Below are positions 1-16,089 of a stretch of 64,000 nt of DNA, piece by piece. The stretch lies in assembly GCF_009914755.1 (NCBI RefSeq), contig NC_060934.1, one strand, 5' to 3'. Origin of the DNA: the human T2T-CHM13v2.0 reference genome, Homo sapiens. Under the pieces are notes generated by a model. That model was not told the origin of the DNA and ran no database searches. It was given only the letters and a program-made list of their open reading frames with translations. The translations under genes and the position numbers were made by a program. The first letter of the stretch is position 1; each line of letters opens with the position of its first letter.

Positions 1-184
1 CCCCAGCACACCTCCCACTCCCCGCCCCATCCCGGCTGGGGCCCAGGCACATCCTCTCCTCTGCAGAGCCCTCTGTCCACAATGCCCCAAGCAGGTCCCC
101 CGGGAGACCCAGGCCAGGCTAAGCCTACAGGCACTGTGGTTCCCGGGCCCTGCCTGACCTGCCCTCTCTCCCGCCCTTCCCCAG

Positions 185-291
185 CCATGGACCAGCTGGC
201 CAAGACCACCCAGGAAACCATCGACAAGACTGCTAACCAGGCCTCTGACACCTTCTCTGGGATTGGGAAAAAATTCGGCCTCCTGAAATGA
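185..291 (+). CDS. ADIRF: ADIRF (adipogenesis regulatory factor, APM2/C10orf116), last coding exon; upstream exons lie outside the window
   Basis: Pyrimidine tract and AG at 183-184. The phase-1 exon reads (A)MDQLAKTTQETIDKTANQASDTFSGIGKKFGLLK-TGA (stop 289-291), matching the ADIRF C-terminus as I recall it. Confidence 0.95.
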
Positions 292-343
292 CAGCAGGGA
301 GACTTGGGTCGGCCTCCTGAAATGACAGCAGGGAGACTTGGGT
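275..343 (+). repeat. Perfect 34-bp tandem duplication spanning the ADIRF stop codon
   Basis: TCGGCCTCCTGAAATGACAGCAGGGAGACTTGGG at 275-308 and 309-342. Confidence 0.95.
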
Positions 344-421
344 GACCCCCCTTCCAGGCGCCATCTAGCACAGCCTGGCCCTGATCTCCGGGCAGCCACC
401 ACCTCCTCGGTCTGCCCCCTC

Positions 422-427
422 ATTAAA
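422..427 (+). terminator. ADIRF polyadenylation signal (ATTAAA variant)
   Basis: ATTAAA about 130 nt after the stop, followed by a TGTGT element near 444. Confidence 0.7.
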
Positions 428-559
428 ATTCACGTTCCCACCCTGTGTCCACTTCATGATTCCTCGCAAGCTGGGCCCAGTCCTCTCATCCCAAGAGCAG
501 AGCCACCGTAGCCGGAGTCCTAGCCTCCCAAATTCGGAAATCCAATCCAACGGTCTCAG

Positions 560-1700
560 GAATGTTTTCCATCCCGCCACGCGCCTCCCGAAGCTCCCAG
601 ACCGGAGGCTCAGCCCCCATCTCGGTTAGTGCCCCTCTCCCGCCCGACTTTAGAGCCAGCCCCTGCCCCTTATTCCCTGCCCCAGGATCCCGGCCCCTCC
701 TGGGAGCTGGGCTTGACTCCGTCCTCAGATCCTCGGAAGGCTCAGCTCTGGGCGGGGCAAGGGACCTTGCAAGTCGGGGGGGCCTCGGGAACTTCTCTCC
801 GCCAGCTGCGACTGGAGGCTGGGAACAGGGGAGACGACCCAGGGCCACGGCCCCTCAGGACTTCAGGCGGCCGGAGGTTGTGGGGACGAAGCGGAGTCGG
901 GAGCCGGGCTTCCGGCCCTCACTACCCCGTCTCGGCCCGCGGGTTGCCTGCGTGCCCGCCCCACCCAGCGGTGAGTCATGGGGCAGGGCCCGCGGGAAGC
1001 TTTGTTGAGTGGGGCGCTGCCGCCCGGCGGGGTCCCGCCCCGCCACTCCCCGGGGAGGGGCTTCGGGGCACGGGGCCGTGCACGTGAGAACGAAGCACGG
1101 TTGTGGGGGGGGCATGCACGTGCGCGCTCGCGTGCGGGAGACCCCTCCCTTCCACACCACTTCCTTTCGGGACAAACCGGTAACCTCCGGCCCTGGAAGG
1201 TTTTGTCTAGTGGGTTCCGGATGGACTGGTGTTCCCAGCACCCCCCCGGCACGTGTCCACGCGTGTGGCCCCGGTACGGTGTATGCCTTGCCAGTAGGTG
1301 ACTCAACGTGGCACTGGTTGAGCGCCGGATGAGGCCTGGCCCTGGCGCGGGGCGTGGGCTGCTGCGGCCCTTTCCTCCCCGCGCCCCTCACGCCCCAGCG
1401 GGCCCCTAGCGGTTCCCGTCCACCCGCTCCATGTCTTTACCCCGGTACTACCTCCACCTGCAATCGCCTCCTCCTGCGCGCCAGTGGCCTCTGCGTTTCT
1501 GTTGAAAGGTACCGACTACGCGGTGCTTCCCAGTTCTGAGGCGATTTAGTCAGCGGACTCAAGGCGCGCTCCCTGCCTTCCCCGGCCTCCCAGCAGGGGA
1601 CGAAGTCCCCAACCTGGCTGCCAGTCCAGATGCTGCAGTACAGGTCTGCCTAGGAGGCCGTTCCCTTCTCCAGTCTGAGATCTCCCTCGCGGGGCACGTG
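560..1700. promoter_or_regulatory. CpG island / probable bidirectional promoter with E-box cluster, AP-1 sites and GC boxes
   Basis: Very GC- and CpG-rich. CACGTG at 1081, 1117, 1250 and 1695; TGAGTCA at 972; TGACTCA at 1299; CCCGCCCC near 1034; consensus donor CG|GTGAGT at 970/971. From recall, the ADIRF-AS1 (-) and AGAP11 (+) transcripts start in this region; that cannot be verified from sequence alone. Confidence 0.75.
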
Positions 1701-2096
1701 TCTACCACCCTTAACCCAGGGCTGCCCTGGTTCCACTATCGGTTACATGTTGCTGACTGTCCCCAAAAGGTTTCTTTGTAGAATGTGGGAAAGTCCTTGA
1801 AGAGACACCCGGAGCAGTGTCAGGGGCGCTTCCAGGAGCCCCCGCCTCCAGGAGCAGGTCCTAGGGTCTGGAGAGCCGGCCTCAGGGCCACTCCAGGAGG
1901 CTGGTGGGGCTGGACTGGCAGAGCCCAGCATCCTTCTGGTGTGCATCATTCCCCTATGACTCAGGGATGAATCCCAAGGGACTTTTCACTTGTTCTCCTT
2001 GTGAGTGATCGCCTTAAGTGCGACCCAGGTGCGGCCAAGGAGAGAGATCAGGCCTGAGGCCAGGAGTCTTCTAGAAAAGGCTTTTCTTGTCTTGAA

Positions 2097-2237
2097 GGCG
2101 GGGCATGGTGGCTCAGCCTGTAATCCCAGCACTTTGGGAGGCTGAGGCGGGAGAATGACTTGAGACCGGGAGGTCGAGGACCGCTGCACTCAGTCTGGGC
2201 AACAGAGTGAGACCCTGTCTCAGAAAAAAAAAAAAAA
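2097..2237 (+). mobile_element. Alu monomer / internally deleted Alu
   Basis: GGCGGGGCATGGTGGCTCA...CTGTAATCCCAGCAC...GAGACCCTGTCTC followed by polyA. Confidence 0.85.
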
Positions 2238-2558
2238 GCCGCCCTTCATCTTCCTCTGGACACCTTGTGGCTGGAAAGGAACCCTAGAACCAGCCACTTG
2301 GAACCACAGGAGGAACAAGTCTGAGGAACAAGTCTAAGGAAAAGCCCACCTGCTGATGAGGGCAGAGCCTCCCAGACCTCCAGCCTGTTCCCACAACACC
2401 CCCTCCCTTCCATCTCAGCCACCTTGACCTTCCCATCATGCTCCTGCTGCCTCGGTATCTTCACACCTGCGGCATTTTCTGCCTGGCATACTCTCCATAA
2501 ATCACCCTTGCCTATTGCTCTTCCAAACGTCAGGTCTCAGCGGCCTTGGGTGTGCCGA

Positions 2559-2584
2559 CACACACACACACACACACACACACA
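2559..2584. repeat. (CA)n microsatellite
   Basis: Uninterrupted CA run. Confidence 0.95.
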
Positions 2585-3017
2585 ATGCATCAGGCCCCTG
2601 GTGACACATTCTCACACCCCCTGTACCTCCTTTTTAGAGTCACAATGAGCCTTCATGTGTGCTTCTCCATAGTGGTGGTTCATGGGGCTGTAACCAGTCC
2701 CTTTTTAGTGCATGCTCTGTGTCTTCTGCGGTGCTCAGGCAGCACTGGCTAAATGATTGCATGGAGGACCATCCTTTTGTTCTCCTGATGGATGACAGTG
2801 AGTTCTCATTTTCAGGTTTACCATGGAACCATCTCTGCAATGCAGCCCCTTCCACATTGCCCCAGCCCCATGGAGCTGGTGCTCCCGTGGCGCTGTGCAA
2901 TTGCCTGTTCCTGTGTGCCTCTGCTCCCCCGACACTAGGAGCCCTGGAGGGCAGGGCCAGGTGGGACTTGCCTTTTGAACCATGTCTGGGACACAGAGGG
3001 CACAGAGCCAGTGTCTC

Positions 3018-3900
3018 TGTAATAGGTCCCTTGCCTGATGGCAGGGCAAGTCCATACACCCGAAACACCGGGTTGCAGCAGAAGAAAGAGGTTTAGTCGC
3101 AGGGCTGCCAGACAAGATGGGAGAAAACCTCAAATCTCTCTCCGAGAAGTTTGGGGTTAGGGTTCTTAAGAGTTTTAGAGCAGGCCAAAGTGTGGAGATT
3201 GTTGATTTGTTGAAGAGTGCAGAGTGAAGTCATGGGGCCAGGGAGATGAAAAAACTGTATTCTCATGCTGATTATGTTCTTCTGGGCTGTTCAAACTGGT
3301 TGGGGTCACTTGTTTCACTGGAATTTGGAATCTGAAAAACATTTTAGGCTGGATGCGGTGGCTCATTCCTGTTTTCCCAGTACTCTGAAGGCCAAGGTGG
3401 GCGGATCATCTGACGTTAGGAGTTCGAGACCAGCCTGGCCACATAGTGAAACCCTGTCTCTACTAAAAATACAAAAATTAGTCGGGTTTGGTGGCGTGCG
3501 CCTGTAATCCCAGTTACTTGGGAGGCTGAGGCAGGAGAATTGCTTGAACCTGGGAGGTGGAGGTTGCTGAGCCAAGATGGTGCCGCTGCACTCCAGCCTG
3601 GGCGACAGAGTGAGACTCTGTCTCGGAAAAAAAAAAACTGAAAAAACAAACGAAAAAAACGTTTTAAGGAATTCCTAAACAAAAGCCTATGATTCTAACA
3701 TCAGAAAGCCGAACTGTGGGAACAGTGGGGATGCAGATGGTCAGTATACAGTGCCACGGGAAGTTCTATAGAAGGAATTTAGTTAAAGCACAGCCTCATT
3801 AATGCTTAATTATAACTGTTAATGCTTAATTATAACTGTTAATGCTTAATTATAACTATATTTCTGTGTAGAATGCTTGTTAACCCTGTGAGGACAGCTT
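3018..3900 (-). mobile_element. Probable ERV1/MER4-group LTR remnant split by an Alu (3347-3637, +)
   Basis: Motifs such as GCAGCAGAAGAAAGAGGTTTA and CCTCAAATCTCTCTCC resemble MER4-group LTRs. A full Alu with polyA interrupts it. The LTR subfamily is uncertain. Confidence 0.5.
3799..3857. repeat. 20-bp unit tandem triplication
   Basis: (TTAATGCTTAATTATAACTG)x3, last copy ending in A. Confidence 0.95.
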
Positions 3901-4563
3901 CACCAGAGGAGCCCTTGGGAGCTTATACTGCCCAGGCCTGTCTCCACCAGGTTCATGGAGCAAGTACAGCCCAGACTGGCTGAGGAGGAAGGATTGTGGC
4001 CACACTACACCTATTGGGTGTCAGTCAGTCCTCCAGAGATCAATTCTTCCATTAGCAATGCCACACATAATTCCTAATTCTCCAAATTCCAGTTCCCCAT
4101 CTAGCCAAACACACAGTCACTAACATTACATTGTGGTTCCACTTACAAATGACTGCATTTTCAGGTGGAGGTGTTCCCTTAAACCATTTTCTCTGGATGG
4201 CGTTCCTTCCTCCCTCTTCTTCTTCATCCCCATTTTCAGTCCGTAGGATGAGCTTCTTTGTATGTAATCTCCCAAACGTCTACCGCTGGAGTTCTCAGCT
4301 TTGACCCCCATCAGACTACACATGAGGCAGGGTGCAGATTCTTCCACTTTCACCTCCTCTCCCCTTCTCTCCCTCCGCCGCCTTTTTAAAAAATGTTACT
4401 TGTCCCATTTCTACATTGTGAAAACACGTAGAGTTGCATTCCATTCCTCAGCCCTGAACCACACCTTTGTTTTTGTCTTGGATCTGCAATTGAAGATATT
4501 AAAAGCTGTTTGCCATTCCTTCTGCTGAATATTTTCTGCTATCTCTTGGTTGGTTAGAATTAG

Positions 4564-9680
<5,117 letters not shown>

Positions 9681-10522
9681 AGGTTCCAATTTTATAAGAT
9701 GAGAAGAAGGGCTGAGGTCATGCCCATTCTGCCACTTTGCTGAGTCCAGAGCTATGATGAAGTGAAGAAGAAGGCACAGGGCAGGACAAAGAAGGGAGCT
9801 CAGGGACCCGGGAGTTTTCCTTGGCAGAAGTCAACTTGCCCCACCCCTGAGAAAACTCTGACCTTCTCAGCTGCCAGGGAGGAACGCAGGGACTGGGGAG
9901 GAGGGGACAGGGAGGGGAACAGTCTGCTGCTCTGTGCCCTGGGAGAGAAGTCTGATGACGGCAGTAACTCAGGAAGGGTTAAGAATATTCCTAAAATAGC
10001 CAAGCCACAGTCTAAGCCAGTCCATGAGCAGAGAGCAGATCTGTAGCAGGAAAAGTCAGCCTGATCTTTGCCCCACTGCCTGCTGCCTAGCCCTGGCTGC
10101 TAATTAAGCCTCCTACCCTGTCCCCTTCACCAATTCCTCTTGTCCTAGTGGGGATGGGGTAGGAGTAGTCAGAGGAGCCAAATCACCCCAATCAACAGGG
10201 AACTACAGCTGGGACCAGGAGCACTGGGCCCAGTGGCCCCCCAATCCACACTCCTGGTCTGAGAGTCAGGTAGGGGGACATAGGGAGAAAGACAGGCAAA
10301 GTGCAGGCTTTGTGCATGGGATGGAGGCTGCCAAGAGAGAGCAGCCAAATTCTCCCACCCACACACATGCATCGCCAGCCATGATCAGGTGGGACCTCCA
10401 AGATCATCATCAGATACCGCCTTCTCCTAGCTCTGTGTTCCCCTACACTTAGGGCATCTTGGAGTGAGACAGGCAGGGAGGGGTTGAGGGAGCCCCTACA
10501 TGAACAAACCATATCTTTGTTT

Positions 10523-10705
10523 CAGGGGCAGGACCAGGTATATAATTTGCAGGACCCAATGCGAACTGAAAATGTGGAGTCTGTCATTCAAAAATTGTTA
10601 AGAATTTCAAGGCAGTGACAACAGAGCATTAAACCAAGTTCAGGTCCCCTCTGAGTGTGGGGCTTTTGCCACTGCACAGGTGGCACCTTTATGAAGCCAT
10701 CCTTG
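10523..10705 (-). mobile_element. MER45A-like hAT DNA transposon fossil
   Basis: Reverse complement matches the recalled MER45A consensus (GGTTTAATGCTCTG...TTGAAATTCTTAA...GCAAATTAT). Confidence 0.7.
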
Positions 10706-10765
10706 TGCAGGGATTTGGTTTAATGAACATTTACTAAGCGCCCACTACTCAGCTCTTCTGGCTCT

Positions 10766-11080
10766 GTAACATGGTCTGGCTCTGTGTCCGCACTCAAATG
10801 TCATTTTGAATTGTAATCCCCATGTGTTGGGGGAGGGACCTGTGGGACGTGATTACATCATGGGAGTGGTTCCCACATGCTGTTCTCGTGATAGTGAGTG
10901 AGTTCTCCTGAGATCTGATGGTTTTATAGGGGGCCTTTTCCCTCTTCATTCTGCACTTCTCTCTCCTGCTGCCATGTGAAGGACGTGTTTGCTTCCCCTT
11001 CCACCATGATTGTAAGTTTCCTGAGGCCTCCCCAGCCATGTGGAACTGTGAATCAATTAAACGTCTTTCCTTTGATTAAC
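10766..11080 (+). mobile_element. MaLR LTR (THE1/MST family), 3'-truncated
   Basis: CATGATTGTAAGTTTCCTGAGGCCTCCCCAGCCATGTGGAACTGTGAATCAATTAAA hallmark. It stops before the normal terminus and abuts an unrelated ERV-like fragment (about 11082-11228). Confidence 0.85.
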
Positions 11081-12089
11081 TTCTAATCTATAACTAAGGT
11101 CTGAGTCCTGAAGACCTTCCTCTGGAGCCTCAGTAAATTTATTTTATCTAGATGGGTCCAGGTGCTGCAGGTGATTACCCTTATCTTGTCTCCTGCAAAA
11201 TCATGGAGGTTTGGGGAATTCTTTAGACTTCCTCTCGTGTGGAGGTTTGTTTTCTTCTTTTTTCTTTCCTGCAAGGACAAAGTGAATTCTGTGATGGTTT
11301 ATGTATCATTTTTGAGTTTATTGCCAAAAATTGAGGCTCAAGTTTGTAGACTACATTTTTAAATAAAATAAAACTTTCTAGACACAGAAATGTAGGTGAA
11401 GCTGTTCCTTTGATACCATTTTCCGAATTTACACAGAGGTGATAGCAAATTTTTCTCTTTATCTTTCCTTGAATTGTATATATGCATATAAATGCTCTTA
11501 AATTCTTAGTGCAACAGGGTGGATTGTCATTACAGAGAACGTTCTTAGCATAGAGTACAAATCTTCCCACTGCTGACTAGGCTCTGGTCACATAGCACCC
11601 CGAGCTGGCCTTCAACTTCCACTTCTCGGTTCTTTTGCTTACCTTCTCTATTTCTAGAATGGCTTTGTCATTTCACTTGTCTGTCTGGTAATATCCTACT
11701 CCTGTAAGAATCAGTGAGTTCTTGGTACATACTGATCTAAATTTGCCTCCGGTTTGAACCTTTTTCCAGTTTTCCAGGTAAGGTTGATTTATCTGTCTTC
11801 TATGTTTCCATAACAATCTTTCCAAGCATAATACAGTAAAAAGAGAGCTGATTCATCATGTCCTGTCCATTTCCCTCTGGAGACTTTGGAGCCGACGTGA
11901 GGGTACAGGTGTGCCCCTGTATAAGATCTTTGGTCGCCTTTGTCAAGTTTAGCGCAGTTCTCAGTGTGTAATTGTTATCAGGTGCCATTAAACTGGACCT
12001 GAATAATTGAAGGATTCAAAGTGTTCAGGAATCACCCAGGATGCTTCAATACTTCATCCTAATTAGGGATATGGGGAAAGTTTGCATGA

Positions 12090-12482
<393 letters not shown>

Positions 12483-13542
12483 ATTTTTTATTTTAAAATG
12501 TTCATTTTTTACTATTTTGATACAATAACTATTTTTTAAGAAAAGGCAGAAATCACTGTTTATTAGAAGGCAGATTTTACTGATTTTTATACCCCTAGAT
12601 TTGTTGCATGTCAAACCTATATAAAACATCTATAAATCAAATCGTTAATTGCCCCTAGTGTAATAATTCTATATATGGATGTAATGTTTGAATCTTCAGG
12701 AGCTTTGATAACTTGAAGGCCTTTTGATTGCTTTAAAATTAATTCTCATTGTATTTGTTTATATTGTATCGTTAAGCAAAAGTACAGAGTAAGCAATTAG
12801 TGTGATTAATTCCTCTTCTATAATACAGTAAAGCACTGCCTCCCTAGACCAATTCTCTGGGATCCCTGGAAGACATCTGGCATCCAGCAAGTCTTGACCC
12901 CTCTTTAGAAAGCCATGGAGAAACTGGAGGCAATTCTGTTAAGTATTCGCTCTCTAGAGGCAATTCCATTAATTACCCTCCCTCACCTATCCATGACACA
13001 ATTTCTCCAGTTACATGTAGAAGGCTGTTATGTGTCTCTTGGCCAGACCCTTTATTTCATAGATGTGGAAATTGAGGCCATGAAGGATGAGGTGAGTGTT
13101 CAGAGTCCACATGACTAGTTAATGCCCAGAACCTGGCCTGGACTTCTTTCTTGTTCCGGGGCATTGAGTTCTCTCCCTCTTCTTTAGCACGTATGGCCAG
13201 AGGTAACATAATCTGCGCATCACATTTGCATTTGGAGTGCATCTGTTTTGCATTCATTTAATCTTGTTGAGATGGTTTGCTTGTTGACCTACTCAGTCAG
13301 TTATCTTTTCACCTTTGTGAGTTGAGAGCTTTGTGTATTAAGTCTGTAAAACTTTGCATCTTGGAAAGTGACATAATCTGTAGCAGACCCATGCTGTTTT
13401 CAGATGCATCTTAATTGTGATAGTGATAGTGATCCAGGAGATACACATGTTTTTCTGTGCTATTTCAGAATACGCCTTCTTAATCCAAGTCAAGATGGAG
13501 TCAAAAACAACAGACTACTACATTTTTGTTTATTTTATTTAG

Positions 13543-13630
13543 GTAAAATACCTGTTTTCTGACAAGACTAGGACTCTTACATAGACTGCCATGAACTACA
13601 AGAAGTATAGCATTGCTCAAATGACCTGTG
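13543..13630 (+). other. Candidate spliced exon of unknown origin (88 nt)
   Basis: T-rich tract and AG at 13541-13542; strong donor GTG|GTAAGT at 13630/13631; GCCATG at 13591. Confidence 0.4.
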
Positions 13631-14044
13631 GTAAGTGTATTTATCACTTATTGAACATTTTACTTGCATTCTTTCTACAAAATGAGTTTATTTTTAGCTA
13701 TTGAGTCAAATTATCTTGACTTTCTGATGTTTTGATAGAATATTTATAATAGATTTAGGTATTTCGTTCATATTGAATGTTTTTAAAACTAAATGGGTCC
13801 CAAAGGAAACTGAACAGTTAAAACATGATTTACTTTTGCAAATATTAACCTAATGAGAAATCCCAGGGAATCTGCACATTTGTGTTTTCTATCTAGCAAT
13901 TATTAATTTCTTAGTGTATGTTTTGATCCAACTTTTTTTTTAATATATGCTAGCAGATTTTTCTAAGCTTTCTTAAAACTGTCATAAAATATTTGTAATA
14001 CTAAGGTCAAGAATTTAATTTGGTATCATAGATCTAACTCAACT

Positions 14045-14812
14045 GTATTTATTTATTTATTATACTTTAAGTTGTAGGTTACATGTATACAACGTGCAGG
14101 TTTGTTACATATGTATACATGTGCCATGTTGGTGTGCTGCACCCATTAACTCATCATTTACATTAGGTATATCTCCTAATGCTATCCCTCCCCCTCACCC
14201 ACCCCACGACAGGCCCTGGTGTTCTCCATCCTGTGTCCAAGTGTTCTTTGTTCAGTTCCCACCTATGAGTGAGAACATGAGGTGTTTGGTTTTTCTCTCC
14301 TTGCGATAGTTTGCTCAGAACGATGGTTTCCAGCTTCATCCATGTCCCTACAAAGGACATGAACTCATCCTTTTTATGGCTGCATAGTATTCCATGGTGT
14401 ATATGTGCCACATTTTTTTAATCCAGTCTATCATTGATGGACATCTGGGTTGGTTCCAAGTCTTTGCTATTGTGAATAGTGCCGCAGTAAACATACGTGT
14501 GCATGTGTCTTTATAGCAGCATGATTTATAATCCTTTGGGTATATACCCAGTAGTAGGATGGCTGGGTCAAATGGTATTTCCAGTTCTAGATCCTTGAGG
14601 AATCGCCACACTGTCTTCCACAATGATTGAACTAGTTTACAGTCCCACCAACAGTGTAAGAGTGTTCCTATTTCTCCACATCCTCTCCAGCACCTGCTGT
14701 TTCCTGACTTTTTAATGATTGCCATTCTAACTGGTGTGAGATGGTATCTCATTGTGGTTTTGATTTGCATTTCTCTGATGGCCAGTGATGATGAGCATTT
14801 TTTCATGTGTCA
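14045..14812 (-). mobile_element. 5'-truncated L1PA (3' UTR plus ORF2 C-terminus)
   Basis: ORF 14348-14806(-) is the L1 ORF2 C-terminus ([15 protein letters not shown]...[10 protein letters not shown]...[10 protein letters not shown]); the L1PA 3' UTR and A-rich tail follow. Confidence 0.95.
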
Positions 14813-15494
14813 GACTGTCTTTTGATCACAGTTTTGTGACCACTCTGTTTTCCCTTTCTCTGGCAGTCACTTCCCGGAATTGACAAGGAATTCATCCTCA
14901 GGTGATTTCTGCTAAGTAAATCCTAGCACTTCTTGACACTTTAGAAAAGGCTTTGGAATAATTTTATATTAGCATTTCTCACCTGCATATTTTTACATGT
15001 AAATACAAGTCGTGTATACATTACTTTGAAAGAGAACCAGGATAAAATTTAAAGAAACATGGTTTTAGAAGTCCAATGGTAGTATAAGACTTCACAAAAA
15101 ACAGACTGCTCTTGATTCAGTACTTCCTACTTACTCTCCAGATGCAGCCAACTTCAACAATTTTTACTTTTAAAAAAATCTCTTTTTAGATTTCAAAATA
15201 ATATGTTTATGTGTGTGACCTGTCTCTCCCCCATCCTGCCCTACTCTGGCTTTACCCCCTGTAGAAGCATTTAAAATTTTCTGCATATCCTTAGCATATA
15301 CTGTTGCAATTATGGGGTAGGCTTTTTTTTTTTTTAATTTGTGCATTTAATGAACCCGTAGTGGTACATGTCTGTTTTTCTTGTTAATTCTTGGGAATGT
15401 CTTTCTGTTGTTTCTATAATAATTTTCTTCCCCTCCAGCTTCCCTGTTTCTTCTGAGTCTCTTGTTAGATATTGAACCTCTTGAGTTGATCTAA

Positions 15495-15895
<401 letters not shown>

Positions 15896-16089
15896 TCTGG
15901 CGACATTTTCATATGCTCTCACTTTTCAGTTGTCAAAAGTGTTCTCTTGACCTTGCCCTTGCATTCTGTTTTCTCTGCCCACCTCTTCGATTCTCCCCAT
16001 TGCCGCCTGGTGTTTTGGTTTCTTAATTTTATTTTATAGGCTTTCTTCAAAGGCCTGGTGATCATTTGCTGTGTGCTTATATATTTTTA

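Noticed and set aside
82-184. N-terminal half of the 69-aa ORF 82..291
   Set aside because: Intronic read-through upstream of the ADIRF acceptor at 183-184; only 185-291 matches ADIRF.
486-1539. Many overlapping 100-180 aa ORFs on both strands
   Set aside because: Expected in a GC-rich CpG island where stops are scarce; Pro/Arg/Gly-rich with no recognisable domain.
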